A DNA stretch of 64,000 nt from Octopus sinensis (GCF_006345805.1 NC_043002.1:38006001-38070000); one strand, 5' to 3'. Shown: positions 26,501-41,908, counted from the first letter of the stretch. Program-made: numbers and translations. Notes: generated by a model not told the origin, from the sequence alone.

Positions 26501-29500
26501 GTTGAAAAAAAAAGGAAGATGAACTTGATCCTAGTACTATTTATAGATTGCAGAGTGTCGGAATAAATATGGTCTTACCTTTTCTGAAATCGTGTTGATT
26601 CGCTATGGTTGTTAATATTCGCGATGTAATGGAACGCTGACTGTCTACTTTAAGAGATTTTGAGTGTATGGCAAGATAAATACTTCAGCTTTAGTGAGTT
26701 ACCGTTTGCTGTTTTCATATTGTTGTCAGAAACCTTTACATGGCTGTTATTGGATTACAGAACATCTCTTTAATTCTGGTTTTACCTTCTGATAAGCCAT
26801 TCTATCTATTGACAACAGTCTTTCTCTTTCCACAATAACAGTGTTTGTTGCCTATGATTTTCCGGGAATGTCATATTTTTCTATAGAATCTTCGCGAGAT
26901 ATTTTCAGATACTTCATTATATTTGATGAACTCATAGCTTCACTAAAATATGTTGTCGTGCGATAATACTGACTTTTGCAAAATAATGCTTTTCATTTCA
27001 TGTAGTATACTTAATGTAGTCTTTTTTCCTGAGAAATGTTATCATTTCTCTGGGAAATCTTATGATTTAAATACTCTTCGTACATTTCCATTAATAAGCT
27101 GTTCCTCTTCTACATATCTTCTTTTCAGTATTTTTATCTTCAGTTTGTGATACTGGGCATGTAAAAGCTAACCTGACAAGGTAATCCGTTATCTCAGCCT
27201 GAGTCTGAGTATGTCAGAATATTCCTGTGAGAGGATAATTCCTTAATGTGACAAATTCATACGAATAAATCTCCCAAAGCATTACCTTATGTGGTTTTTA
27301 AAATTTACCTAATACAGTGTATCAACCAATATTTAAAAATAGGACATTCTACATGTGTCAGGTATTTTACTTCTATGCAATGTATCGGAACGGAAATTGG
27401 CAGAATTAATAGAGATTCTGGTAGAATATTTTGTGGCATTATTCCGATTCTACGCTCTGATTTCAAATACCACCGGTTTCAGTTTAACTGCCAACTTTAC
27501 GGGTTCGACGAATAAAGTACTACTTAAGTACTGAGTTCTATATTTCTCTCTTTCAAAATACCATATTTGAACTGGTAATAATATTACATTTATACATATC
27601 ACCGCTAAGCGATCTCACTCCATAATTTACTTACGGTGATCAACCGCTTAGCACTATCAGTCGTCGAACGGTGACTCAAATAGCATAAGACAAACATTCC
27701 CTTTGATCAGTTCGCAGCGTCACCTACCTGCTGTCGGTGACCAAAGAGTAGACAACTACTCCGAAATACTAGCATCTCTCAGTCTAGCTATATAGCGCTG
27801 CGAACTAATGTAGGTGTATCCACAACATTTGTCAACGGCTAGAAATTTTCTCCATGACTAAACACAGTGAACGGCTTGTTCTCCAGTTCGAACGCGGAAA
27901 ATTATATTTATATATATCACTGTTTTGCACTCCCACTCCATAAGTTTTAAAAGATATATTATCCTGTAAACTTTTAGGGCTTGAAAGTTAATTCGGCACA
28001 AGAATAAATTGTATTTTTGTATATCTTTACTTAATTCTTACCACGATGTCACTTATTCTTAGATCTTTGTTGCGATCAAAGAAGTTAACATTTTGGGTTT
28101 TTTACGCTTTATTTTGCGTTCTTTTGATAGAGAATCATCTAAGTAACGGTAACTTATCTGACAATGAGAATTAGTTTGTTTCAACATGTTCCTGAAAATA
28201 AAGAATGTTAGAAGTGGTTTAGCACATGAAAAGGCCTCGAACTATTAAAATATTCATTTTAATGTTCTGAATCTAAATTCGGAGTGAACCAACATTGTCT
28301 TTCATTTTTCATGCGCCGATGAAATAACTAAAACATTGAACCGCAATAATATTGTAACACATGCAAACATCAGTGTTTGGACCGTACAGCTTTGAGGCAG
28401 AATATCTTTCATTATGATGTAATTTGGATTCTTATCGAGACGAAAAGCTTCAAAACTTGCAAAACACACACACACACACACACACACATACACTTTCAGA
28501 CAAACACACACATATACATATCCAGAATAAGAGGATACGTAAATTCTAGCTGGCATAAATGTGGCTTCACTACAATCAGTACATAATGCATTTCTCTTAT
28601 TGTTTGCTACTCTTTTTAATTTGTATATGCCAATCCTTCTAATGCAGATAAGATTCAACAAAAGTGGAAAGTATTTAGTGAAACCATTGATTCATGGCTC
28701 CAAGATGTTTTCTCTTGTGTTCACTATTTTGTGTTCTGTGCAGAGTAAAAAGTATCGACCATGCTATTGAGTAATTAGGCAAATAAAAGTTAAACCCCTA
28801 AAAAGAGTACTGTGAATGAAATTAAAATCTATATAGAGGAACAAAATATCGAATAAATATCAAAGTAAAGATAAAAGATAAAGTAAACTAAGAATAAAAT
28901 TAGAACAAGTATGAAATGACTTGTCCTGATCGATTCGAAACCAGCAAAAACAAGAACAAACATCAAAAAGAAACCTAAAAATACTTCTGTAAAAAAATTT
29001 CAATAGTGACAGTGCCAAGAATATAGAGATATTATATACGAAATCTCTGGAAAGACAATATCTTGGCTGAAAAGAAACGCTGTTATTCCTAAACAGTGGA
29101 TGTTAAAAGCTAGTTTCATCCGCCGCAGCTATATCTACTGTAGTGAGTGTCTTGATGTTAAATAATCTAGATTTGGCAGACGCAAATACTTTTAATTTCC
29201 CTCTCTCTATCATTTCCAAATCACAATGTGATCAATTATTGCTAGCAAAAAAAAAAAAAGAATGGCAATGATTTCATATAAATGAGTAGTATTGCTGTTC
29301 TATTATTACGTCTACATTCTAACTTGTATAGTAAGTCACATGTACGGACTTCACTACTAAATTAACGTTACATATTCTTCGTAACAAAATAGGAGTTACT
29401 TCTAGTTAGCAAAGTATTTTCAGATTTCCCGGATACTCCCTATGACAAAGAGTCATTTGCAACACTAAAAATATCTAATTAATATACAAGCATAAATTGT

Positions 29501-32500
29501 TAAAATAGAGGCTCTCCCACTGAATTAGAAGTATAGAAATGGCGTATGACTAAGCTGTGTGAGAGTAACAAGCTTCTTTCGCCGTCATATCTGTTCGGAT
29601 TTGATCCTAACACATTTTCTATTAGAGGCCAGTGTTGTGTGTGAAAGCAAACTAATGGAAATCTGCGACACTCCATCGGATATACTACACCTGTTGTTGT
29701 AATGTAGGTCAAATGTATCACAAAACGTAAAGCCACTTATTGTCTGCGAATACCTCTAAAATACACCCCGACTTTATAAAAATAATCCCCATAACATTTA
29801 CGTAATAAAGAAGATAGAAAATTTCCTAAACTCCATGCCACCCCGGATAATATTCGGTGTAAGTGTACTAAACGAAATTATTAACTTAACATATATTCAT
29901 GCTATTATACATTATACATATATACACAGAAATAGGTACGAATGCATGTGCATATATGTATATATGGGTATGTTTGTACGTATGCATGTGTGTATATGAA
30001 TATATGAATGTATAAATACATACATAAATGTGTGTGTGTGTGCGTATTACTACTTACAATGCCAAATCACATATTTATTCGTATAATGCAATATAGTTCA
30101 GTACCTAAATCAAAACCTTTGACAAGACAAGAGATTATTAATCTTAGCACTTGGTAATATCTAAAAGCTTGGCAATATTTGTTTTCACGATGTCATATTG
30201 ATTATTCGTTTTTTAATAAAATAAACACCGTAGTAAAACATAGGAAATTTCCTGTTCACTCCTTTACATTGGCTTTAAATATAGTAACATAAAGATAAGG
30301 TTGATTGCATTTCGAACGTCTCTTGATGTCTTGATATTTTAATCAATTTCATGTTATCTATATGTGGCTGAAATTATGCTTATTACATATACTGCAATTT
30401 GAAATGGTGTTTTCGTGTTATATTTAAAAAATAATTATATAATTATACTTTCCCTCAATTTTGGGCGATAAAACTAAGCTCATCACCATAACGAACTGTA
30501 ATTTTGTATTTGTTTGATCCTTATTTTTCTCAAACTTATTCTTCAACCACGGTTATGATAAAACAAATTCACATTTCGTTTTTCTCCGATCATTTCGAGT
30601 AATTTGCATAGATATTCGAAATCATAGCCGTGAAAATATTCGACATTTAGGATTAGTATGAAGTTAGTTTTAAGTCAATCGAGGTAATGTACGCTAGAAG
30701 TGCTTAAACGCTTAAAAGAGCACCTTCCATAAAATACTCGCCCGACTTTAAAACCTAAATATATCCAAATACGAGTTTCGTACTTGATAAAACTCTGCCT
30801 CAGTTCTATAAATCCGGCGTTTCTCTGAATTTTCTAGGCTTTTAGGTTGAGAGTACAAGACTCCTATTTCAACAGGATGTTAATGTGTGTCTGGTATTTA
30901 ATTTAGTTAAGTTATAATAGCAAAAGTAAAGGAATATCTTGTTAAAAGCCACCATGCCGCGTGATCCGAGATTCAAACCAATGACTTAACGATCATAAAA
31001 TCAACACCCTAACCATTGGGCCACACTCGATTTTTTTGTTCTTCATGATTCAATAAAATAACCAAATACTTCAGTTCAAACGAAAATTAATTTATATAGA
31101 AGCTCATGAAAACACATAGAGACACGCTCGAATGCTTGTCATATCTCTTATTTTAAAAATACTTCACGGAGCTTTTGAAATATATGAAGATATTATTATT
31201 TAAAAAAGTTGGAGACAGTCGTCTATAATTTCAAACATTAATCAGATATAAATAAACCATACATATGAATAAATATATATTTTGATAATTAAGTTTTGAG
31301 GTTATTTCGTTCATAAATTCTTTAGTTTACTTTGATTATCATGGGTGAACACATAATGAAATAATATCGAATGTTTCTTTTAATAATTGATAAGAAATCT
31401 TTTCTTGTGCTTTGTCATGTCTTATGTACTTTTCATGCACTTTTGCAATACTGTGCCATATTTGTAACCCCAATTGCAATAGGTATATTAAAAGTTGCCT
31501 TTATTTTGTAGAACAACTTCTAAGCTATTCTTCGTTCTTACCTAGAAAGTAAATTAGTGATGGCATTGAAATATGAACCATAATATATATAATATAATAT
31601 AGTGAGGTTTCTAAAAGGGAACAAATCTCTTAGAATGTAATGCATTGTTCTGGGAAACAAAATGATAAATAATAAAATATTTGTGTTTCTTTCTTAAAGT
31701 CGGAGTTAATTTGATATAAATTATTCGGCAATGTTTCTGGTTAATGCCCCAGTAAATTCTCAAATAATCATAGCTTCATTCACAATACAACTTAATCATA
31801 ACAAATTATCTAAGTTTCCTGGCAGAGCAAAGGAACGACACATTTCCTATTCTAGCTATTCATCGTAGAGAAGATATTCTCCTATTTTCCGCCACTTCCA
31901 TAAAATACTTGTAAGGAAGTAGTTCTAGCCGGCGTTATTAAATCGTTTTATTGGCTAGTGTGCCAAGCGATCAATATTTGATCTTTAGTTATTCAGGAAA
32001 TATATTTCAGTTCTTCTAAATTTTTACTTCTTTACATATAAACTACATACGAAGTGAAAGTCACACTGTTAAACATAATTAACACCTACATATTGCTATT
32101 TGGTTTCAATATCAGTCCAGCGAAAAATATTTATCAATTCGCTATATATAAGAGACAGCCTGCGTATTAAAATCACCAGGTAAACTCTATCCCAAACTCA
32201 AGACTGTCGTATTAGAATCTAAATATTCATAGCTACTGTAAATAATGTATATTGAATTATAATATATTCATAAGATAATATATTTTTATTCGTACTGTAT
32301 TAATTAAATTTATAAGCTAATCTTTCAGTATTTGTATTTGGACAAATATTTAATATACTGTCTCTGTGAAGAATAAGAAATCGATTTAATACGTAAAACT
32401 AGCAATGTTTTCTTGGGGAAGATAGGAAACATACTAATATTCCAGAGGTTTTTAAATTGTGTGAAACTTTCAAAACCACACTGGGGTCCTAAAATGGATA

Positions 32501-32613
32501 ACATCTCAGACAATAATCCAACGATAACAAATAGCAAATGAAACTTATAAAAAATGGCTAAAAGATGGCTTATTAAACTTATTAAAGCAGACAAAATCAA
32601 AGCAGATATAATA

Positions 32614-33832
32614 TTAGGTTGTTTCACATGAAATGTCATATTTGAAAGGTAAAAATAAAAAGGTTTCAGAAGTGTTAGAGAACTCATTTATTTAATGAAA
32701 GTATGATCCATGTTTATTTATGACGTTTACCCCCAACGTTTCTCTATGTCATGTATTCAATCTTAAAAAAAATTCATCTTTCGCTGTGGTAAGCTGGCCG
32801 AATGCTTCACTTACCTCTTCTCTATTTAAGAATGTTTTATTGTTATGAAGAACTCAAAATGCTTAAATAAGTGATGATCAGTAGGAGAGATATTAAGGAA
32901 ATAGGGTGGATGTTGCACTATCTCATTATTCAGGCTTTGCAACTTTTGGATCGTAGCTTGGGGAGTGTGAGGACGTGCATTGTCGTGGGGAAATTGGGAA
33001 TCTCTATTCACTAGTCTGGGTTGCTTCTCTTTTCAAATTCTCATGCATACAATCAATGTCTTAGCAATACGATGTTACTGTCACCTTTTTGTTCTTGTTG
33101 CAAAAATGAATAATGAATAACTCCCTTCGCAGAGCACTAACTTTTTTAGAGTGCAATGGTGGGTTTGGGTAGTGTTTAGGTGACACCCCCGCATCCAATC
33201 ACTGTCATGATCTCCTTCGGATGTCAAAGAGTATTCATTTCTCATCACAATTAATGATTTGATGCCAAAATGGTTTTTTTCCAGTCGAGAAAGCAATAAG
33301 GAGCACACTTTGAGGCGTCTGCCTTTTTCAATCTCGTTCAGTTGATGTATAATAAACCGATCCATTTTATTTTTACCTTTCCAATCTTTTACAGGTGTCC
33401 AAAAACAGTTGTGCAAGATGTGTGGCCTTCTGAGGAAAGTTTTCGAAACTTTGTTCAACCAATACATTTAATCCATCATGACGAATAACTGATTTTGGCT
33501 TACCCCTTAGTTTATTTACAAAGCAATCATCTGATTGAGAGCTTTGGAACCATCTCTGTGCAGTTCTGATATCAACAAAACCATTACCAAAGGCTCTCTG
33601 GATATTCCGTAGAGCTTCTGCGGTAGAGTGACCTAGTTTTTACCCATACGAGAAAATCACTCAACATAGTTTGTTTGTTATCATTTTCATAAGATCTGTG
33701 GGTACACGATTTGTATACCAATATTGTTGGGAAAGAAAAAGAATCAAGATTAAATACAAGGTATACATAATTGAGTTTTTAAATGACTGAAAAAACAATT
33801 AAAAATGCGATATTTCATGTGAAACAACCTAA
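32614..33832 (-). mobile_element. Second mariner family, full-length, inactive; TIR resembles Hsmar1/cecropia type
   Basis: TIRs share a perfect TTAGGTTGTTTCACATGAAAT, with TA on both sides. Minus-strand remnants include HDNARPHT and HPPY..ISPTDHHLF. Confidence 0.92.
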
Positions 33833-33999
33833 TATGTGGAAATATCAAACATAAATGAATACTTACATGGTGTTATGAGAAATAGAAGCATCATATAATA
33901 AATAGCAAACAGAAAGGAAATGGGAGTTAATAATACTAGTGATGGCACACTCTAAAGAGGAAAGAAAGTACAAGAGAAAAAGATGACTGATGAAGTTCC

Positions 34000-35360
34000 A
34001 TGAAAAGTGGAAGAGAGAAGAACTATATCAACATAATTATAACACTCTAAACATAGACATCTGTTCTGAATGTAAAAAACAAAAAAAAACAGATGTAAAA
34101 TATGGTTACAGCTTCACAGAACAACAGACTTAATCAAATATTGATCAAAAGTAATATATAAGAGTTGTCACAAAGCATCCAAGATGAAATAGTATAATTT
34201 TATTACACTACCAAATTAACTAAAAGCTTAAAGAAAAGTGTCAGGCAAGGCTGTGCATTATTCTCTAGCCTATTTAGCCTGAGACGGTCTTCAGAAAAGT
34301 ACAAGTCACGCTAGAAACTTCATTCAATCGAAGTTATGATTACCTACAGTGTTAGATGTGCGAAAGGTGCTGCTTTATAGACTTCAAATGTAATAGCGTA
34401 CATAGGCTTGGGATATGCATATAACATTTACTGTAACTGCGGTAAATGAAAAATCGAAAGTCTCACGAATTGTGTTTCGATCATTGAATTGCCGCTATGC
34501 TGGGGCAACGTCTTGCAGCGTTTAGTCGAACAGATCGATATTAGTGCTTATTGTCTGGTACTTTTCTATCAGGATCTTTGGTCAAACTTCTATGCTGCAA
34601 GGACATGAAAAAACAACAGTCATCAATCGATGGGTTTGAGAAACGCAAATAAAAAGACACACACTGTAAGTCATACATACACACGCATGAGAATCACACA
34701 CACACACGCACACACTCACACACATGTATATATACTGACATGCACACACATATATACAACAGGCTTCCACACAGTTTCCTTCTTCCAAATTCATACATAA
34801 GGTGGTAGTTGAACGGGGATATAGTAGAAGACAGTTGCACAAGATATTGTTCATCGGGACTCAACCCGAAACCACATAGTTGCAAGCATCTTAACCACAC
34901 AGCCATACTGGAGTGTAAAGAAAATCAAATCAATGATAATCAACAGGAAAAATACGAAAAAATGCTTCATAAATTTGGAAAGATCAATTGAACTGACCCC
35001 AAGATTTAAAATGTTTGGGATATTTGCGACTGCAAACGAGGAATATAATGTAAAAATGAAAAGAAAGATTGCGATGACAAGAAAGTCGTTCGAAAAAGAA
35101 ATGGAAAACCGGGAAACATCAAGAACCATTGTATATTCTGCATTACTTTCTGGAGCTGAAACATGGACATTAACATCTGTATTATCCTCGCGATTATTGA
35201 ATTTTTTTAGATGTGAGATTATAGAAGACGCTTCAGAATATCGTAGGCACAAGAACAAGATTTATGTAATATTAATAATTACAGAAATAAAGATTAAATT
35301 AAAAAGCTTCCAAAGAAATAAGATAAAAATATTTAGACTCTTAATGACAAAGAGATAAGG
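34000..35360 (+). mobile_element. RTE-like LINE remnant interrupted by a SINE
   Basis: SVRQGCALFSSLF near 34236-34275 (RT GVRQG motif) and KRKIAMTRKSF...ALLSGAETWTL in ORF 34933-35358. Confidence 0.6.
34480..34910 (-). mobile_element. Family B SINE, diverged
   Basis: GCTATGCTGGGGCAAC, ATAGTAGAAGACA and ACCACACAGCC segments in family order. Confidence 0.7.
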
Positions 35361-35623
35361 GTTTACAGAGATTCTTAATTAAAGACAAAATGAAAGTGTA
35401 ACGAAGGGGATATCAAAAATTGCCTCGATAAATAATGACATGAGTTAAACAGGATTTCTAAAAAATAAGAATGAATTTTAAGGATAGGAGAAGATAGTAT
35501 GAGATGGTGATCCACAGCTGCTACGCTGCTGAGGTGCAGATGCTGAAAACAATAATTTCGGAGAATGAAGTGGAGCAATTCGACCGAAGGGTCTTGCGAA
35601 TTTTAATATTAAGTTGTTAAACA

Positions 35624-36026
35624 AGGCGGTGGGCTGGCAAAATCGTTAGAAAACTGGACAAAATGCTTAGCGACATTTCGTTTGACCATAAATTCTGAGT
35701 TCAAATTCGGAGGCTTTCGGGGTCTATAAAATAGTTACCAGTTGTGTACTGGGTAAATGTAATCGACTGGCTCCCTACTCCAAGTTTTCAGGCCGTGTGC
35801 TTATAGTAGAAAGGTATATTAAGTTGTTAAACAAGGCGGCAAAATACTTAGAAATATTTCGTACGTCTTTACGTTGAGTTCAAATTCAGCCGAGGTTGAT
35901 TTTTGCCTTTGCATTTCATACCTTTTCAAGTCGATAAAATAAGTACCAGTTAAACACTGGGGTCGATGTAATACGCTAGCCCCTCCTTCCCTAAAATTGT
36001 TGGCCTTGTGTCGAAATTTTGAGGCC
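35624..36026 (+). mobile_element. Two head-to-tail family A SINEs
   Basis: AAGGCGG heads at 35624 and 35834; TGGCAAAATCG A box, GAGTTCAAATT B box, ATAAAATAAGTACCAGT core. Confidence 0.85.
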
Positions 36027-36869
36027 ATTAAGTTATTAAACACAGAAAGATGAAGCCTACTTTAGACTATGAAGCAAGATGTTACTGTACGTCATCTAGG
36101 CTAAGGATTTATAAAGCTTCTTTATCAAAATACATTACTCAACTTTACACGTAGGTTTACATTAAACTATCGTTTAATATATAGTTCACCTATTTGTATT
36201 TGTTAAGGTAATATTAACATAAGTGATATACGTCAATCCAATTGTTCCCTTCATTCCGACATAAAGGATGAAAATAACAAAAAGAAAACTTCCATCCAAT
36301 CATTGTTCCCTTTATTCCGACCTAATAAAATGATGATAATAACAAATGGAAAACTTCCATCGAAACATTGTTTTAGCTATACAAAGCATTCTTCTGCAGT
36401 TTGGACATTAACTCAACTGATTAATGGAATCAACCTATCGAGACAAGGCATCGGTTTTGTCGGATACAATATTAAATTTGAAAGATATTATCTGTTGTTT
36501 TCGATGTCTTTGAAATCTATTAGCATATTGTTTATTTCCTTGCAAGGTAGTTTGTTCGACGCCGAAGCATCCTATCAATCCATCTCCCTTTGTAATAAAG
36601 ACTGTTTTAATATTATTATAATCTTATGATACTATAAGATAATAAACATGCTGGAGGAGATGTCTTCCTAGGCTTAAAATTGCAGTATCGTCGTCTCTTA
36701 CAGGACTGACACGTTAAAGTGGTGATAAACACTACTTTTTTTGGTTTGTATGCTACTTCGATCTCGAACATAGATTTTCTAACGAATTGTAATAATTGAT
36801 TTTCATATAGGCATGAGGCATGGAATTTCTTTTAAAAAAAGGTGTCAACTAATAACATGTTTGTTTGTT

Positions 36870-37163
36870 CCTTCTCGAGCCACGCCTGGCTCATAGGGCC
36901 GGTTTCCTGGTATCCTTCGCGTATAGGTTCCCCACCTGGACGGGACGTCGGTCTGTCGCAGGTGAGCTGCAAGATGCAGGAGGAAAGAGTGAGAGAAAGT
37001 TGTGGTGAAAGAGTCAGCAGAAGTTGGCCATTACCTTCTGCCGGAGCCGAGGTGGGACTTAGGTGTTTCACTCATAAACGCACTCATCGCCCAGTCTGAG
37101 ATTCAAACACGCGATCTCTCGACCGTGAGTCCGCTGCTCTAACCACTAGGCCATGTGCCTCCA
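36870..37163 (-). mobile_element. tRNA-derived SINE (family C-like head)
   Basis: TGGAGGCACATGGCCTAGTGGTTAGAGC (A box)...GTTTGAATCTCAG (B box). Confidence 0.75.
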
Positions 37164-38589
37164 CAACTGAAAACATAAATTAAAGTATTTGGCTGATGCT
37201 TGATTTTATCAATCCCGAGGGGATAAAAAGTAAACTTGCCCTCAGCGAGATTTGAATCGAGAATGTAGCGAGCAGAAATAAATGCTGCAAAAGAATTTTC
37301 CGATACCTTTACGATTTTACATATTCACAGCACATGTCGATATACATACAAACATACACTCAGACACACAAATATTATTTGTATAAGCTTTTTCCGTAGA
37401 ACATATATTTTATGAGATTTTTAGTAGAGAACCAGTGTCAATTGCGGAGAATAGTCCAATGTGAACACGCAACTCTCTTTATGTAATTGAAGTATTGACC
37501 CTTTCGACTGTACCGGCCATTTTTATATTAAGAGGTTTATTACAAATCAGGGAAAATCTTACTGATTTTTTAAAATATAAATGGATTATCGGAATATAGA
37601 CGTATATTGAAACACAGAAACTGATACCTTACCAAAAATATAAAGGCTAACTTTTAAAACCATAAAGTATATTGATTACTTATAGAACATGTTCCTTCAA
37701 TTATTAATGCATCGAGAATGATTGATATATGACACGCGAATGAAAGACCATAGCGGAAACTTGCAAACTTTTCAGTTAATAAAAGTTGAGAATTGATGAC
37801 TTTACTATCGATATTTTTTGACAAATTCCCAAATACCAACATGCTAAAGTAATATATTTTCTATGAAGTGAGTTTCTGATAGCCCTAAAAAGGCTATATA
37901 TTAAAGAAGAGTTCAGTTATTCAACATTTCTAAACCTTCGTTAACAGTCGCTAGCATGCGTTCATTTGTCGGCTTTGGACATATGGTACTAAAGATATGA
38001 ATATATTATGGTTTTCTGCGTGGACATCAGCAAATATATCACGTTTTCTGCATATAAAAATTGAGTATAGAAATGTGCGAACTATTTTAGAACGTGGTTT
38101 TGCAGCCAATAAAAATCTAGAGGACTAATTGTAGTTCGATGTTTATATAAATTTGCCTATACATATTGTCTCATTGGTTCATTCTTCAGTCACATAAAGA
38201 ATTAGCCAAATAAAAGGCACAGAACACAAGATTACTATTCTAGTAAAATATATATCGTTATTTTATCCAATCCAAAGAATACAAAATGTTTCGTGACATC
38301 TTACGAAAGTGCACACACATACATAGAGGCATATATATGTATGTATGCATGTATGTATGTCATTATTCAGTTATATTTCAAGATTCCTTGCGAATGGAGA
38401 AAGAGCCGGTGTCTAATCTAGATCCAAGGTTCCTTCGTTGTGTGGGATCACCGTATATAGACTCTTGATGTCAAGAGTGAAGACAAGTTTTAGAAGGGCT
38501 AGGAGGGAAAGAGAAAGAGTTGAAAAGACAATGAGCATGGTTAGTGTCATGGATGCAAGAAGGGAGGCAAGCCACTATGAGACGCAAGG

Positions 38590-38980
<391 letters not shown>

Positions 38981-38989
38981 TATCATATA

Positions 38990-39308
38990 TCAGGTCATCC
39001 CATAAGTTCCCTCCGAATTTTGAATAAAGAAAATACGTGGTCAAAAGTGATATTTAATTGAAATTTAATCATCAATGTACTTTCCCTGTTTATTTATGAC
39101 TTCCTTCCATCTATTTACAATCTTTTTAATCCCATCAATGTAAAACTCTTTTCGTTTCAAAGCGATGAACTCTGAAAAATCAGTTTCGACCTCCTCCTGG
39201 CTTGCCAAAGTTATGTCCCCCAAATGATTCTGTAAACTACGAAACAAATGGTAGTCTAAAGGAGCAAGGTCGGAAGAATAAGGTGAATGAGGAATTTTTT
39301 CCCAACGC
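38990..39308 (-). mobile_element. 3' fragment of the same mariner family
   Basis: TA + TCAGGTCATCCCATAAGTTCC TIR at 38990; minus strand encodes GWEKIPHSPYSSDLAPLDYHLFRSLQNHLG...KYIDD*. Confidence 0.93.
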
Positions 39309-40884
39309 AGCTGTCAGAGATATTGTTATATTCTATAATTAATAAATAATATTTTATTAATTACCTCACCATTTTCTCCTGAGATCTTTATGTATATATA
39401 TATATACACACACATATATATGTGTGTGTATATATTATTCCCACATGCACTCTGGCAGTGGATAAATTTAGCATCTGAATCGCAGGGTGTAAATAGCTCC
39501 CAATTCTCGTCAGAACTTCCTTCCAGTAGGTAAACCCATTTTAAAAGCCTGAAGCGAAATTACTTTCTAATCGTCTCAACCGCTTTTGTTCTACTGGTTT
39601 TATTGTTGATTGCGCTGAAAAACTTGGTTGAGTACTGCGCAACATTTTATTCACTCAAAACAAATTGACGCACATGGATGTTTTGGTCTCTCGGAAATTT
39701 TTCACGAATGTAGTGAGTTTAGGAAGTAGATTTAGGCGGTCAGGAATAAGTTCATTTCCTCTAAATACATACATACATGGTGGCTGCCCCCTCGTCTTCG
39801 AGTATGGCCATTGCACGAAGCTTAATCAATGTTGTTATTGTGCAATGCTTGTGCAAGAAGATTTTTTTTGAAGTGAGGAAAGGCTGTGCACTGAGTCAAT
39901 CCCACTCACTAAGCAACAGCAGCCATAATCCGAAAAGAAGAACAAGTCAACGTCATCGGTAACCACTGAGCCGCAGGTTTTATGTCGCAGTTATCCCAGT
40001 TACCTGAGTACATTCTCCTAGAAGGATGCCCTGACAAAGGCTAGGAGTCCTTTACTCCCAATGGTTTAACCGCGCGATCGGGTATTCAATCCGATTATTA
40101 CTGTGCCCCCCCCCCCGCGCATGATACAGCATTAAGACATTTATTAGATGGCCGTTGACTCTCAAGAGTTCATCCGCCCTTTGACGGGTTTTGTTTATCA
40201 CCCTGCAGGGTGTCCACTAAACACCCTCCTCACCGAGCAAGCTTGGTGGGGTTGCCGGTTTAGTCGCCGACGACACGACCATGCAACAGGTTGTACTGGG
40301 TTACATGTTACCAGTAGCACTCGAAAGTGACCTGACATAGCATACATACATAATATACATACATACATACATATATACATACATACATACATACACATAG
40401 ACATATATACATATATGCGTGTGTGTGTGCGTGCGTGTGCGTATGTAAATGTTGTGGCGAAAGTCATTGACACGCCTGGTGGATTGGGGAATGAACTAGC
40501 TGAACTGCTATAAAGAATAGTGGTTGGTAGTAGTCAGGGAGAGCGTCTTGGTCGTCTTGCGAAGTACCTCGTGTGGACACATTGATAAAACCTCCACTGC
40601 ATAATTTATCTATACCCATCTGCGGCAGGGCATAAATGTATATAAGAAAATGAGATAACAATGCGATAAGCGATAATCGTATGATCTTCATTAGTTTGAT
40701 TAATATTTCATTCTGAAGCGTATGTATGTCAAGTTCTACACCAGGTGATTAGTCTCGCAAGGCCTAAGTGATATATATATAGATGTACGTGTGTGTATGT
40801 TTGTGTGTGTGTGCGTGTATGTATGTATTATAATGCATATATATATATATATATATACATACATATATACATACATGCATGCAT

Positions 40885-40938
<54 letters not shown>

Positions 40939-41084
40939 CGTTAGCCACTACACACATTTTTTTCTGTGTCCCTTCTATTCCTGAGCGTTATACTAATACA
41001 TCTGTTTGTTTTGTACACCACCTGTCTTCGTCGTTTGTTTTTTTCGTAAATTCTCCCCATATATAAATTATTTTATTTGTATTA

Positions 41085-41480
41085 CATGCGCAGGCGTGGC
41101 TGTGTGATACGAAGCTTGCTTCCCACCTACATGCCTTTGCATGGCACCTTGGTCAAGTGTCTCCTATTATAGTCTCGGGCCGACTAAGGCCTTGTGAGTG
41201 GATTTGGTAAAAGAAAACTGTGTGAGTATGTGTAAACGTCAGAATGTAATTTTATATGTGTGTGTCTGTATTTGGTCCAACTATCATCGCATGACAACTG
41301 ATGCTGATGTGTTTACGTCACCATAACCCAGCAGTTCAGCAAAGAGACCGATGGTATAAGTACTAGGCTTACAAAGAATAAGTCCTGAGGTCGATTTCTT
41401 CGACATAAACCCTTTAAGGTGGTGCTCCAGCAAGACCACAGTCAAATGACTGAAACATGTTAGAGAATAAAAGAATATAT
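41085..41480 (+). mobile_element. Family B SINE
   Basis: GCGCAGGCGTGGCTGTGTG...GTGGATTTGGTA...CAGTCAAATGACTGAAAC. Confidence 0.8.
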
Positions 41481-41908
41481 TATATTCTTATAGGAAAAGC
41501 CCATTGGATAAATTCCTAACAGCGTTGTTCAAACATCGTTCAGAAGTACATCACGCTTCATAAAAATAGAAGTATTGTAAAATTTCTAGACAACCAGTCA
41601 TCATAGTTTTGAAACTAAACAGGTTCCGTGCAAAATATTGTCGCTTCAGTACACATGTGGATTAGAAAACTGATTTGAAGAGGACGTGGATAGAATTTAA
41701 CTGAAACGGTTCGTGATTTATTGCATAGTATACGCCAATCACTGTCAACAGACACATCAGTTGTGCTCCACATAACAAACTGAAAGCAAAATATGGAACT
41801 TCCCTTTGCTAAACATGTTTTCATTTGAAAAATTGATATGATTAAAAATATTTGTTTCCGTGTACTGGATCAATATCAAGAAAATTGCAATTGCCATCAT
41901 AGTTATTG

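Noticed and set aside
29500-29736. 78-aa minus-strand ORF in unique sequence
   Set aside because: No recognisable motif in any frame, a non-ATG start, and a length expected by chance.
37090-37163. tRNA-like sequence with A and B boxes
   Set aside because: No complete cloverleaf or Pol III terminator; it continues into a SINE body.
39830-39915. EVRKGCALSQ resembling the RT GVRQG motif
   Set aside because: Too short, with no flanking RT motifs to support an annotation.
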